Assembly: GCA_036339465.1 (NCBI GenBank) | Contig: JAYZAY010000020.1 | Coordinates: 1 to 64,000 of the forward strand | Direction: 5' to 3' | DNA length: 64,000 nucleotides | Origin: Myxococcota bacterium | Lineage (GTDB): Bacteria; Myxococcota; XYA12-FULL-58-9; JABJBS01 | In this document: piece by piece, positions 29,911-41,969 of the stretch | Layout: every line of letters begins with the position of its first letter | How positions within the stretch are numbered: position 1 is the stretch's first letter | The notes under the pieces: model-generated | Told to the model about the DNA's origin: nothing | Database searches by the model: none | What the model saw: only the letters and a program-made list of their open reading frames with translations | Translations under genes and position numbers: made by a program

Positions 29911-32900
29911 ATGACTGAAAACAGAAATCTCATTTCCGACCGCTACCTACTCAAAACAATCCTGGGTAAAGGCGGTGGCGGCCGCGTGTTTGGCGCGCTG
30001 GATACGTGGCTTCAAAACTCAAAAGTTGCTATTAAACTAGTAAGTTACAACTTTTCATCTGTAGACACGAGACAAACACTCCATCGAGAATTCGCCTTGC
30101 TTTCCAGATTCAATCACCCCTGTATCGTACCCGCCTTGGACATGTTTTCCATTGAAACTCCCAATGAGGAATTCTCTTTAAACACCGGCGATTTCTGTCT
30201 GGTTGAGCCCTGGATAGAAGGCCAGTCCGCCGCGTCCATGAAACAATTCCGTGAAGACGAAGTCGCCTTAATCGGTTTACAAATCACTGCGGCACTCTCG
30301 GTTCTCCACAGCAGCCATATTAGGCATGGGGACATTAAGCCCTCGAATATTATGTTGCAATCCTCGCCGCAGACGAAGGCTTGGTTGATCGATTTTGGTC
30401 TAAGTCACTTGAAAGCCGCCATGGGCTCCGGCGGTACCCCCATTTTTATGCCCCCCGAATCCCTTCGCAATTCACCCCAATTGGCATCCGACATCTTCAG
30501 CCTGGGAAAAACCATGGCCGAAATGTTAAATCCAAGTCCCGAACCGAACAAACAGCTGGGAAACACCCTCGAAATTGAAACTTTCGATGGTTTGTTACAT
30601 GCCATGACCCACCAACGCTGGGAAAAGCGACCTACCGCTTCAGAGGTTTTTTCGGCCCTAACCCGCTTCACGGACAGAAAATTGGGCGGTGCCCCCATTA
30701 AAGTCCTACGTGACCACCAGCACCTTCAAGGGGCATCGGTGCACTCGCCGAAAATCACAGGCCCCATCAGCCAGTGGCTTAGAGGCAATCTTAGAGAACC
30801 CGTAACTATTCTCCGGGGTGTACCCGGAACCGGAAAAACCTTCATTTGCCGCGAAGTTGAACTCATAAGCTTAACACTCGAAAGAACTGTCGTCGGCTCA
30901 ATTCGAGACACAGATCGAGACTCTGAAGATTCACTGAAAACACTCGCAATAGAGCTCAATGCCCCTCCTCCCGCCAGCACCGATCAATTCGCGATATTCC
31001 GCTCAATTTTGACCGGCCTACAAGGGCTTGCCCAAGCCACGCCCATTACGCTTATTTGGGACAATCTCAAACCCGAAAGTTCAGTGGACATATTCCTTAA
31101 ATGGCTCACCCCATACTACGCCGAATTTGGAGATCGACTGCGAATTTTTGGAGCCACGCAAATCAAGGAAATCACAGGCCCCAATGAACAAACCTGTCAT
31201 CTCGACTTAGACAACTTCAACTTAGAGCAAACACAAAGCTTCCTAAAAACAGCGCGTCCCCTACGCACAACCGATGAAATTCACGCCGAAAAACTCCATA
31301 AACTCTCAGGCGGTAACGCCCAGCTTCTAATGGAACTACTCCTGTTAAACCCTGGCGATAAAATCCATAGCGCAACGCTAAAATCATCGGCCCCCAACCC
31401 GGAAACATCCATCCACCCATGGGAAAAATCCCTCGCCCTCTTTGCTTGGTGGCCAAAACCCTGGTCTTTAAACTCGATTTCCGAAGTACATAGGCTATCG
31501 GCCAGTGAGATTCAATCGATTATCCAAAGGGGTCTCGAACACGGTTTGCTGAAAACCGCATCACAAACAGGACAGGCAGGCTATGAGTTTACAGGACAAG
31601 TTCAACGCAAACGACTCCAAAACTTAACCACCACCAAGGAACTCGAAACAATCCTTTCAAGCTTAGAAACCATCCCACCCCATGAGCAAAACTTCGAAAC
31701 CATTCTACAAATTGCCCGGCTCAGCTTCGAACTAAAAACCTCATTTGCACACCTCAAGTTGCTCCAAGCCTATGAATCTGCAAACTCACATGAACATCAT
31801 CGGATTGCCCTAGAGCTATTGCACAACCTCCTCAGCCTAAAGCCCGATCCTACGACCGCCATCACATATTTCTACAAACAAGGTTGGCACTACGAAAATC
31901 AAGGACAACTTCCGACCGCGCTCAAAGCTTATGAGAAAGCCCTTCAAGCGCCCCAGGCCAAGTTAGGTTTCGCTCGAGTTTGTATCCAGCTTGGAAATTA
32001 TCAAGAAGCAAATCAAGTTCTCGAGGGAATTAAGGAGCTTGATCCTAAAAGTACCAAAGAATCGGAAACACTCTACATTCGGTCCCTGGTATTTACGCAA
32101 AACTTATCCAAAGCAGCTGATTTCATCGAAGAGATCCTCGCCAGTGACGAAAACAACCCATTTCTAGCCGATGTCTGGGTACAAAAAGGATTGGTTGCAT
32201 TCTATAAAGGCCAAAACCTAGAGGCAGTCAGAGCTTTAGAGTATGCCCAGAAGCTATGCGCTGAAGATCCCAGCTTAAACCGACCCGCGAGCTTGGAGGC
32301 AAATCTCGCCTTGGCCTATCACAAGGCAAATCAACTCCAGTTGGCATCAACGCTATATCAACAAGCGGTAGAACAAGCGGAGGTTGGTGGTCACCAGCCC
32401 AAAAAGCTCAACCGCCTCATCAATCTCAGCACTCTCCAGCACGACCTTTGCGATTACCCGGCAGCAGAAAAAAGTCTCCAAGAGGCAAATACATTGGCGA
32501 AACAGTTAAATATCCCAGTGCATGAGGTACGCTCGGGATTGGCCTGGTCAAACCTTCTCTGTCACCTAGGACGATTCACTGAAAGTGCAGAAATTCTCGA
32601 CAACACATTGCGTGTCGCTGAAATCACGAAACTAACCACTGAGACAATTCTCTTAAAATTGGTCAAAGCAGAAATTGCAACCGCTCGTGAAGATTATGAT
32701 GAAGCGATAGCCACGCTACAAAAGATTCTATCGGAATCAGAAACCCAAAATAATTTAGCACTACTTACCGAAGCATTTCTTATCGAATCTCAAATTGCTT
32801 GGCGCCAAAACAATTTATCTAAAATGCAGCTGAAAACCAATGAAGCAATTAAGCTTAGTGAGCAAAGTGGTGATGACCACCTCATTGCCCGATGTAAATT

Positions 32901-34797
32901 GCTCCATCTCTTAAGCGCACTTCTCGACCACCAAGAAAAACCTCAGGAACTACAAAAGCGACTCAGCGATGCAATCAATTCAGGACAACGCATTCACGAC
33001 AAAGAACTCCGCTGGAAAATTTACCTCGGATGCGCTTTCGCTGCGCGGCGACGAGGTCAGACGAAACAAGTCAGAGATTTTATTGATCGCGCCGAAAAAA
33101 TTGAGCGAGAAATCGTGCGTTTCCTCAATGCAAAGGTTGAGCAAAGCTATCACCAGCACTGGTTTAGGAAAAAACTCATGGATGAGTATCGTAAAATGGA
33201 CACACAAAGTTTATCCAATCACAGCCATGGACTGCAACAAGTTCTGAGAATCAACCGGCTCTTGGCCCAAGAACACAACCGAGAACGTCTTCTCGACCGC
33301 ATCATAGACTCCGCCATCACCTTGACGGGCGCAGAAAGAGGCATCTTGCTACTCGCCGAACCAGAGGGGGGAAATATGACCGCCTATTCCGGACGTGCCA
33401 CGGGGCTCAGTGATCTAAGAAACTCAGAGCAATCCTTTAGCCAAACCATCGCCCATGAAGCAATGACAACAGGACAACCCGTCATCTCCTGGAATGCCAG
33501 TGGGGATGAACGCTTCGCAGAACAAATGTCCATCCACCAACTTCAATTAAGAAGTGTGATGTGCCTCCCCATCATCGCAGAGCCCACCATTCGAGGAGCA
33601 CTTTATCTCGACCATCGCCAACAATATGATGTCTTCAATGAATTTGAGACCCCCGTCGTCCAAGCCTTCGCTGACCAAATCGCCCTCGCAATGTACAACG
33701 CCCAATTAATTGGTGAACTAAAATCTCAAACAAAGGAACTTCAAGAATCGCAATCCACCATTGAAGCCCTTAATCAAAAACTTGAAACTCAGCTAGATGC
33801 CCAATCCGAGGAATTAAACGCTCTTCGGGCTAAAATGGGAAAAGAAGGACCAACCGAAAAATACGGAATGGTTGGTTGCTGTGCCAAAATGCAAACTCTA
33901 TTCCAACTCATTGGGCGAATTTCCCAAAAGCCCATCCCAGTTACCATTCAGGGAGAATCTGGAACCGGAAAAGAGCTGGTCGCACGCGCGATCCATCAGG
34001 AGTCTCCCAGAAAAAACGGCCCTTTCGTGGGCGTAAACTGCGGAGCCCTCACAGAAGAACTTTTGGAAAGCGAACTTTTCGGCCACGAAAAAGGTGCATT
34101 CACCGGAGCAGTGCGTGGCAAATTGGGCCTCTTTGAAGTCGCCAATGGCGGTACCATTTTCCTTGATGAAATCGGCGAAATGCCTCTGAGCATGCAAGTA
34201 AAACTCCTACGTGTCTTGCACCAGAAAGAATACCGAAAGGTTGGTGGAACGAAATTACTAACGACCAATGCAAGAGTCCTATGTGCGACCAATCGCAACC
34301 TTAAGGAAATGGTGACCGATGGCTCATTCCGAGAAGACCTGTGGTATAGAATAAACGTGGTCGAACTCACTCTCCCCTCTCTTCGAGAACGAACCGAAGA
34401 CCTCCCCCACTTGATTGCTCACCTCATCCAGAAACATTCTCAGGGCGTGAAAATCGACCTAAAAAAGGCTGCTCTTAAACTCCTTCTACAATACCCATGG
34501 CCTGGAAACATTCGAGAACTCGAAAACGAGATCCAGAGAACACTTATCCTATGTGACGATTCCATCGGTGCCGAAGACCTTTCCCCAAAACTCAGGGAAA
34601 AGATAGAAACCGTTCCGGAATTGAATCTCGATTCACCGGTATCCTTGAAAGATTTAGTGGGCTCCTACGAAAAGAAAATTATCATCGAAGCATTAAAACG
34701 AAACGAAAATCGCGTCGCCAAAGCAGCTGAACTACTGGGCCTCACAAGAGTTGGCTTGTATAAAAAAATCAACAAATTTGGCATAAATGAAAACTAG
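29911..34797 (+). CDS. Ser/Thr kinase - P-loop ATPase - TPR - GAF - sigma54 activator - Fis HTH fusion protein
   Basis: GKGGGGRV, VAIK, HGDIKPSN, DFG; GVPGTGKT; TPR-like helices; GAERG..LYLDHR (GAF); GESGTGKE, GAFTGA, FLDEIGE, WPGNIREL; C-terminal HTH. Confidence 0.92.
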   Translation: MTENRNLISDRYLLKTILGKGGGGRVFGALDTWLQNSKVAIKLVSYNFSSVDTRQTLHREFALLSRFNHPCIVPALDMFSIETPNEEFSLNTGDFCLVEPWIEGQSAASMKQFREDEVALIGLQITAALSVLHSSHIRHGDIKPSNIMLQSSPQTKAWLIDFGLSHLKAAMGSGGTPIFMPPESLRNSPQLASDIFSLGKTMAEMLNPSPEPNKQLGNTLEIETFDGLLHAMTHQRWEKRPTASEVFSALTRFTDRKLGGAPIKVLRDHQHLQGASVHSPKITGPISQWLRGNLREPVTILRGVPGTGKTFICREVELISLTLERTVVGSIRDTDRDSEDSLKTLAIELNAPPPASTDQFAIFRSILTGLQGLAQATPITLIWDNLKPESSVDIFLKWLTPYYAEFGDRLRIFGATQIKEITGPNEQTCHLDLDNFNLEQTQSFLKTARPLRTTDEIHAEKLHKLSGGNAQLLMELLLLNPGDKIHSATLKSSAPNPETSIHPWEKSLALFAWWPKPWSLNSISEVHRLSASEIQSIIQRGLEHGLLKTASQTGQAGYEFTGQVQRKRLQNLTTTKELETILSSLETIPPHEQNFETILQIARLSFELKTSFAHLKLLQAYESANSHEHHRIALELLHNLLSLKPDPTTAITYFYKQGWHYENQGQLPTALKAYEKALQAPQAKLGFARVCIQLGNYQEANQVLEGIKELDPKSTKESETLYIRSLVFTQNLSKAADFIEEILASDENNPFLADVWVQKGLVAFYKGQNLEAVRALEYAQKLCAEDPSLNRPASLEANLALAYHKANQLQLASTLYQQAVEQAEVGGHQPKKLNRLINLSTLQHDLCDYPAAEKSLQEANTLAKQLNIPVHEVRSGLAWSNLLCHLGRFTESAEILDNTLRVAEITKLTTETILLKLVKAEIATAREDYDEAIATLQKILSESETQNNLALLTEAFLIESQIAWRQNNLSKMQLKTNEAIKLSEQSGDDHLIARCKLLHLLSALLDHQEKPQELQKRLSDAINSGQRIHDKELRWKIYLGCAFAARRRGQTKQVRDFIDRAEKIEREIVRFLNAKVEQSYHQHWFRKKLMDEYRKMDTQSLSNHSHGLQQVLRINRLLAQEHNRERLLDRIIDSAITLTGAERGILLLAEPEGGNMTAYSGRATGLSDLRNSEQSFSQTIAHEAMTTGQPVISWNASGDERFAEQMSIHQLQLRSVMCLPIIAEPTIRGALYLDHRQQYDVFNEFETPVVQAFADQIALAMYNAQLIGELKSQTKELQESQSTIEALNQKLETQLDAQSEELNALRAKMGKEGPTEKYGMVGCCAKMQTLFQLIGRISQKPIPVTIQGESGTGKELVARAIHQESPRKNGPFVGVNCGALTEELLESELFGHEKGAFTGAVRGKLGLFEVANGGTIFLDEIGEMPLSMQVKLLRVLHQKEYRKVGGTKLLTTNARVLCATNRNLKEMVTDGSFREDLWYRINVVELTLPSLRERTEDLPHLIAHLIQKHSQGVKIDLKKAALKLLLQYPWPGNIRELENEIQRTLILCDDSIGAEDLSPKLREKIETVPELNLDSPVSLKDLVGSYEKKIIIEALKRNENRVAKAAELLGLTRVGLYKKINKFGINEN

Positions 34798-34887
34798 CGG
34801 AAACACGCTCATCGTTCTGCCGATCCGTGGACGGAATATAGTCCTTTAAAATCATCCACTTAAGTCCCTTTGCATTCGGACAACGGG

Positions 34888-34903
34888 TGGCATATATCGT
34901 GCT
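34888..34903 (+). promoter_or_regulatory. Candidate sigma54 (-24/-12) promoter
   Basis: TGGCATATATCGTGCT has the exact GG-N10-GC spacing and lies directly upstream of the lipoprotein gene. Confidence 0.6.
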
Positions 34904-34909
34904 TGTCTA

Positions 34910-35740
34910 ATGATGATGAATCTATCTCGACACATGGGACTCAGCCTCCTTCTAATCGGACATGTTCTGCTCACCGCAGGTTGTATTATAGGGACCACCC
35001 CACTGCCCGAAGCAGACCAGGGTGAGTCTTTAAAAGATACGAGTTTTCCGTCCTCTACAGTAGAGGGTTCGGAAACTGCCTCCGACACAGCAACTGAAAT
35101 TGAAGCTCCGGGGATGGACGATCAAGGCGGCTCGCAGAATACCGCCGACAGCGATGGCAATGTGAACGCCGCCGCCGGAAACCAACCACAAGTCACCCTA
35201 ACCAGTGCGGGGGATTATGTCATCGCCTTAGAAAATAGCTTTACCCCCACCCATAGCTTTGAACTCGTCGACACCCATTCCTTCGAAACATTAAGCGAAG
35301 GCACCGTGAACCCCAAAGGTAGCTTTATCGGCCTAACCAATACCCCCCCAAGAAGTGCACTGCTCAAAGTAAGTGGAGATGCCTATGAGAAAATCCTTAA
35401 ACCCCAAGCTCTAACCCCCACCGGAGAGAACTTGATAACGACAATCCAAGACTCATTGGATGCTGCGTCCCCAGACGCCCCCTTTCAACTCAGCCTTATC
35501 GACGGAGGCCAAGTGATTTTTACCGGTACCATTCCAGGAGACACCGGTTTGATTCTCGCAAACCTCACCCAAAACAAGATGGCAATTGCCCCAATTCGAA
35601 ACACCACTTCAGCCCGAGAATTACGGCTCAATCAGGTAGAAATCAACGACGATTTGGTTCTCCTCATGTTGGAAGCCACGGATTCAGAAGACGGCCCCGC
35701 CTCCAAAAAGGTTTTTGATATCATCTACTCTGAGAACTAA
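34910..35740 (+). CDS. Hypothetical lipoprotein
   Basis: Lipobox LTAGC followed by TTPLPE, an acidic linker and a beta-rich region; real start may be 34916 or 34934. Confidence 0.65.
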   Translation: MMMNLSRHMGLSLLLIGHVLLTAGCIIGTTPLPEADQGESLKDTSFPSSTVEGSETASDTATEIEAPGMDDQGGSQNTADSDGNVNAAAGNQPQVTLTSAGDYVIALENSFTPTHSFELVDTHSFETLSEGTVNPKGSFIGLTNTPPRSALLKVSGDAYEKILKPQALTPTGENLITTIQDSLDAASPDAPFQLSLIDGGQVIFTGTIPGDTGLILANLTQNKMAIAPIRNTTSARELRLNQVEINDDLVLLMLEATDSEDGPASKKVFDIIYSEN

Positions 35741-35927
35741 ACTTGGATTTTGAAAGATAGCGCAATTCAAAATGGCTGTTCTGTCGGAGAATCACGGCTC
35801 AATCAGCTAAAGATTCAGCAGACCACACGGACTCCAAAAAAAGTTCGTAATATCACCTAGACGTCGGAAAGAGTTTCGGTCATTCAATAGAGAAGTTAAG
35901 CTCGGGTCTTTTGGCGAAAAAAGTCGG

Positions 35928-36221
35928 CTATTTTTTGAATAAGGCTTCCAGCTTTGCTTTCGCATCATTCATATTGATCTCTTCTTCGCGTTCACCCTCA
36001 AACGGACGGTACATACCACAAAAATTCGAGCGCTCTTTGTCCGGAATATACTCCGATATAGTTTCACTGCACTCATTGTGAGAACCCGGCGAATAATACT
36101 GGCAATTCTTGCAAGCACGCATATCGTTACGGCAGTGGGGACACTCATCGCCGCGAGTCACCTTATCGTGCATTTCTGTTACTTCACTACAAGACCAGCA
36201 GGTAAAATTCCAATCAGCCAT
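35928..36221 (-). CDS. Small Cys-rich (8 Cys) putative metal-binding protein
   Basis: CWSC, CPHC, CKNC, HNEC, SNFC, AKAKLEALFKK; GGAG RBS. Confidence 0.75.
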   Translation of the reverse strand: MADWNFTCWSCSEVTEMHDKVTRGDECPHCRNDMRACKNCQYYSPGSHNECSETISEYIPDKERSNFCGMYRPFEGEREEEINMNDAKAKLEALFKK

Positions 36222-36261
36222 CAGTTTCTCCGTGTAATTCTCAAGGCCGGCCCTATGCCCA

Positions 36262-38454
36262 TTATTTTGGAGCGATGCAACAACGGAAACCTAAAGATAT
36301 CGACGAATCCCATGGCATACGATTAAACCGAGCACTACATCGCCCGGCATACAGCCCCTGCTCAATACTTCCGCCTTTGACGGTCTTGCCGTCACTTCCC
36401 GCCGTGAAGGAATTTGACGTCCATTCCGCCACATTACCAGCCATATCAAAGAGACCTTCTGGAGTCCTACAACCCGATTTTGCCACCCCCCGTAAGCGGG
36501 AAGGCACACCGTCACTTTGTAATAAATTACACTTTTCAACCGCCGCTCGACTTTTCGTTGGAAACCTTCGACCCCTTTGCCCGCGACAAGCGCGCTCCCA
36601 CTCCTCTTCGGTGCACAGGCGCTTGCCCTTCTTGTAACACCGGTCTTTAGCTTCTCCCCAAGTCACTTTATAGAAAGGCATTTCACCTTCTCTATTGGGA
36701 TACTCGAACCGATCAACACAAAAGGCTTCTATGCGTCTTGATTGCGACGGAAGATCACCGAATCCTCTCATGGGATCAGAAGGTGAAGTTCCAAAAACAA
36801 ACATCCCTGCAGCAATACCAACCATTTCTCTTGGGCAGCGGACCGCCCCTATTTTTGACTTTGGAGGCGCAGAGGGAGAAGGAGGTATAAATCCTTCCGC
36901 CGCCTCCGAGTCTAGGTTGGAGGTATTTTTCGTATCGGCTTGTGACCCCGAAGAGACCTTCAAGGCGTCTACTTTCCCCGCCTCACGCTTCTCGGATGGA
37001 TTCTCCGCTCCTACTTTTTCTACCACCAACGCCGCCTCGATATGTGCACTGGGCGCCGGCCGTTCTTTGCCCCCTCCCCCTATCTCCCCCATTGCATCGG
37101 CCAACGTCACTGCGGCCTGCTTATGGATTTTCGCCCCCAAACCCTCCCGCTGCTCGTCACTCTCGCCCTTTTGCACAAAGGGCGCTAGGAACCAGGTAAA
37201 ACCCAAACCAAGTAATAGCAAAATCATACCTCGCAAAACCCACCGAGCCTCTGGCCCCTTGCTCGACGGTCCGCGATTTGGCAGTTCCTCAGGCTTATTC
37301 CCTCGTTTTCCTGCTCTCGAAAGCGCCTCAAAATTCTCAACTTCAGTGGAACGCCGATGTTCCCTCACCATGTCGGGGACAGTTGTATCATCCGCTAGAA
37401 ACTCTGGACTAAGTTCAAGATCCGCGTCGGTGTCACGACCATCTGGGTCCCTTGGCCTGGCCCCCAAGTCTTCTGACGGGTCCAACTGAATCACTTCATC
37501 TAACCGAAACATAAACTCTTGGGGACTTCGCCAGCGCTCCGTGTGGTTCAGAGCAATCGCTCGTTCCACAACATTCCCCAGGTCTTCACCAAGTTTGTCT
37601 CGAACCATATCCCAGTCAACGGAACTATCCCTGCCGGGAACAATACCCGTCAGCATTTCTGAGAAAATAATCCCCAAACTGAAAACATCGGCTCTCGCAT
37701 CTACCTCCATTGAATCGTTCTGAATTTCTGGTGCAAGATAGTGATTAACCCCCAAATGAGATGCCTTAGCCACATAGGGGCGGTGTGGCAGACCATGCCA
37801 ATGAAAACCCGCACCTATTTTCAATAAATCGGGTAAAATAATGATATTTCGAGGGGTCATCACGCCGTGAAATTTAAATCGACCCAGATCGGTTAAGCCG
37901 GCGACGAGCTGATAGAAAATGGGTAAAACTTCATGCAAATCAAAGAGTTGTGACTTGTCCAATCTTAGATCAATAATCTTCCTAAGGCTCAAGCCTTCCA
38001 AAACCGGCATTGTATAATAAACCAGGTCGTTCTCTTCCCCACAGTCAATGATGGGAACCAAATTATCCGAGTTGATTTTCTTGAAACGCTTGCATTGATT
38101 CTGGAAATTCTCTCGATCTTTCTCATGCTGAACAAGCTTTGGATCGACAATCTTCAAAACCAGACGGCCGTCACTTTCGTTATCCTTAGTCCTGGCAACC
38201 CATCCCGAACACCCGGAATCGGCATAGTCTATAATCTCGTAGCGGTCAGCGAGTAGATCTCCCCGTCGCAAGGGGAAACTCCCAACAAATCCGCCTCCTT
38301 TACGTGAATGAGCTGTCTGATTTGTCTCTCGACGATCACTCGAAAAATCGACGTCACAAACACTACAACTTCGTTCACCATCGGGGGTATAACTGCCACA
38401 CCGGTAACACAGCACAATTTGATCCCGTCCAAACCCAAGGCGCCTGACCGCCAC
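36262..38454 (-). CDS. Zinc ribbon - kinase-like - TM - FGE/SUMF1 (C-type lectin fold) protein
   Basis: CYRC..CSVC; kinase fold with YLAPE and ADVFSLG; TM segment; CVDRFEYPN, GKRLCTEEEWERAC, DMAGNVAEW, GFRCC. Start uncertain. Confidence 0.85.
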   Translation of the reverse strand: MAVRRLGFGRDQIVLCYRCGSYTPDGERSCSVCDVDFSSDRRETNQTAHSRKGGGFVGSFPLRRGDLLADRYEIIDYADSGCSGWVARTKDNESDGRLVLKIVDPKLVQHEKDRENFQNQCKRFKKINSDNLVPIIDCGEENDLVYYTMPVLEGLSLRKIIDLRLDKSQLFDLHEVLPIFYQLVAGLTDLGRFKFHGVMTPRNIIILPDLLKIGAGFHWHGLPHRPYVAKASHLGVNHYLAPEIQNDSMEVDARADVFSLGIIFSEMLTGIVPGRDSSVDWDMVRDKLGEDLGNVVERAIALNHTERWRSPQEFMFRLDEVIQLDPSEDLGARPRDPDGRDTDADLELSPEFLADDTTVPDMVREHRRSTEVENFEALSRAGKRGNKPEELPNRGPSSKGPEARWVLRGMILLLLGLGFTWFLAPFVQKGESDEQREGLGAKIHKQAAVTLADAMGEIGGGGKERPAPSAHIEAALVVEKVGAENPSEKREAGKVDALKVSSGSQADTKNTSNLDSEAAEGFIPPSPSAPPKSKIGAVRCPREMVGIAAGMFVFGTSPSDPMRGFGDLPSQSRRIEAFCVDRFEYPNREGEMPFYKVTWGEAKDRCYKKGKRLCTEEEWERACRGQRGRRFPTKSRAAVEKCNLLQSDGVPSRLRGVAKSGCRTPEGLFDMAGNVAEWTSNSFTAGSDGKTVKGGSIEQGLYAGRCSARFNRMPWDSSISLGFRCCIAPK

Positions 38455-38537
38455 GCATAAAAAACTTGTAATGCACTCTTAACATATCGGAATTCTGTAA
38501 CAAACAACAATCTCAGAGAAGCGAGATAGCAAACGCT

Positions 38538-39338
38538 CTACGAACCGTCAAAAAAAGGGAGCCCACCTGCGAGCACATGAATACCCGAATCCACATGAAC
38601 AACCTCTCCAGTAACTGCGCAACTAAGGTCAGACAAAAGATAGACCGCACTCGCTCCGACATCGTCAATGGAGACATTCCGCTTCAGTGGGGCCTGCCCT
38701 TCAGCCGACGATAGCATCTTGCGCAAACCCGGCACACCCGCCGCGGAAAGCGTTTTGATAGGACCAGCACTTAAAGCATTCACGCGAACATTTTGCTCCC
38801 CTAACTCATTGGCCAAATAGCGCACCGAGGCTTCCAACGCCGCCTTAGCAACACCCATCACGTTGTAATTAGGCACAACCCGTTCCGCTCCTAAATAACT
38901 CATGGTCAGAACCGATGCCGTACTTGTGGCTTTATGTAAAAGAGGCATAAAGGTTCGGCTCAAAGCCACCAGGGAATACGTTGAAATTTCCAGCGCCCGC
39001 AGAAAACCAGCACGACTGGTATCAACAAATCTCCCCTTCAAATCATTCACCTCAGCAAAGGCAACGGCATGAACAATAAAGTCCAAATTTTTCCAGTGCC
39101 GCTCAACCCCCAACCGCAGCTCTTCTAAGGCTTCATCGGAAGTCACATCGCATTCGAGCAAATCAATGGCCCCAAGCTCCTCGGCGAGAGGCCGAACTTT
39201 TTTCTCGAACCGCGGCCCCTGATAGCTCAATATCAACGAAGCTCCTTGGTCCTTGGTTTGTTTTGCAATCCCGTAGGCAATACTTCGCTGGTTTGCCATA
39301 CCCAAAATCAGTCCACGCTTTCCTTCTAACAAGCCCAT
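38538..39338 (-). CDS. fabI: Enoyl-ACP reductase
   Basis: GMANQRSIAYGIA, YLGAERVVPNYNVMGVAKAALEASVRYLA, SAGPIKTL. Confidence 0.95.
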   Translation of the reverse strand: MGLLEGKRGLILGMANQRSIAYGIAKQTKDQGASLILSYQGPRFEKKVRPLAEELGAIDLLECDVTSDEALEELRLGVERHWKNLDFIVHAVAFAEVNDLKGRFVDTSRAGFLRALEISTYSLVALSRTFMPLLHKATSTASVLTMSYLGAERVVPNYNVMGVAKAALEASVRYLANELGEQNVRVNALSAGPIKTLSAAGVPGLRKMLSSAEGQAPLKRNVSIDDVGASAVYLLSDLSCAVTGEVVHVDSGIHVLAGGLPFFDGS

Positions 39339-39694
39339 GTAACTCCCATAACCCGACACCCCACCAAGATAAAGCAGCGCGTCATTCCAAATCCAAAGAT
39401 TGCAATCTTACACCATCCTGCCGTTGGTAAAAGGCCTTACCCCCAAAACCACACCCAAAGGCCTATAAAAGACCCTCGTATTCCAAGCACCAATACCCAC
39501 ACACGATATTTGAACATACAAGAATGTACCGCTTGGGCGCCAAGGCCCGCCTTCAACGAATAGCTCCTAACTAAAATCGAGACTCAACACAGGCCAAAGT
39601 CCTGAAATCTCGAAAACTGAAACTTGCAGCGCCTGCTCGCAAAGAGTAATAGAATGCCCATCAAGAAAGTTATAGTAAGTCATTGGAGGATCCC

Positions 39695-40957
39695 ATGGGA
39701 TACGAAAAACTGAGCACGCCTACCGCCGGCGAAAAAATAACCATTACAGAAGACAAACAACTAAACGTCCCCGACCATCCGATCATCCCCTTCATTGAAG
39801 GCGACGGCATCGGTCCCGATATCTGGAAAGCCTCTCAGCCAGTCTTTGATTCAGCCATCAAGAAAGCTTACGATGGCAAACGAAAAGTTGAGTGGTTCGA
39901 AATATTTGCAGGAGAAAAAGCCGTCTCCACCTACGGTGATAATCAATGGCTACCCACCGACACCATCAAAGCCATCAAGGAACATGTCGTCGCTATTAAG
40001 GGCCCCCTTACAACCCCTGTCGGGGGTGGAATTCGCTCTTTGAACGTCGCTATTCGACAAATCCTTGATCTCTATGCATGTATTCGGCCCGTTCGATATT
40101 TTGAAGGTGTGCCTTCCCCCGTTAAGGAACCCCAAAAACTCAACGTGGTTATTTTCCGGGAAAACACCGAAGATGTTTACGCCGGCATCGAATGGCAACA
40201 AGGAAGCAGCGAAGCCACCAAATTAATCAAGCATCTCAATCAGGGTCCCGCAAAGGAACTCGGCAAACAAATCCGAGAAGACAGCGGCATCGGCATCAAG
40301 CCCATCAGTAGCACGGGCTCAAAACGACTCGTAAGACGCGCCGTCCAATATGCGATCAACAACCATCTACCCATGGTGACTTTGGTTCATAAAGGCAATA
40401 TCATGAAATTCACCGAAGGTGCATTCCGTGACTACGGCTATGAATTGGCCGAAGCTGAATTCGCAGACCAAACCATCACTGAAAACGTCATGTGGGAAAA
40501 ATACGATGGCAAAGCCCCCGATAACCGAGTCATCCTCAATGACCGTATCGCCGACGCGATGTTTCAGCAGCTTTTACTGCGCCCCAATGAGTATTCCGTC
40601 ATCGCAACCATGAACCTCAACGGCGATTATCTTTCGGATGCTTGCGCCGCTCAAGTGGGCGGACTCGGCTTAGCACCTGGGGCGAATATCGGCGATGACG
40701 CAGCACTCTTCGAAGCCACTCACGGAACTGCACCTAAATATGCAGGACAAGACAAAGTGAACCCCTCCAGCGTCATTCTTTCCGGAGCTCTAATGCTAAG
40801 ACACATGGGTTGGCCAGAAGCAGCAGACCTCATTGAAAAAGGAATTGAAGGAGCAATTCGAAATAAGACTGTTACCTACGACCTTGAACGACAAATGGAA
40901 GGGGCCAAGCTCCTGAAATGCAGCGAATTTGGTCAAGCAATTATCGACAATATGTAA
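39695..40957 (+). CDS. icd: Isocitrate dehydrogenase (E. coli type)
   Basis: [57 protein letters not shown]. Confidence 0.97.
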   Translation: MGYEKLSTPTAGEKITITEDKQLNVPDHPIIPFIEGDGIGPDIWKASQPVFDSAIKKAYDGKRKVEWFEIFAGEKAVSTYGDNQWLPTDTIKAIKEHVVAIKGPLTTPVGGGIRSLNVAIRQILDLYACIRPVRYFEGVPSPVKEPQKLNVVIFRENTEDVYAGIEWQQGSSEATKLIKHLNQGPAKELGKQIREDSGIGIKPISSTGSKRLVRRAVQYAINNHLPMVTLVHKGNIMKFTEGAFRDYGYELAEAEFADQTITENVMWEKYDGKAPDNRVILNDRIADAMFQQLLLRPNEYSVIATMNLNGDYLSDACAAQVGGLGLAPGANIGDDAALFEATHGTAPKYAGQDKVNPSSVILSGALMLRHMGWPEAADLIEKGIEGAIRNKTVTYDLERQMEGAKLLKCSEFGQAIIDNM

Positions 40958-41000
40958 ATATTATGACGGGGTCTCAACCCCATACCCCCAAAAGGAGTAA

Positions 41001-41951
<951 letters not shown>

Positions 41952-41969
41952 TCATACCGAGATACGGAA

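Noticed and set aside
36262..36420. Diversity-generating retroelement target (C-terminal FGE/CLec region)
   Set aside because: No reverse transcriptase in the window and I saw no template repeat copy.
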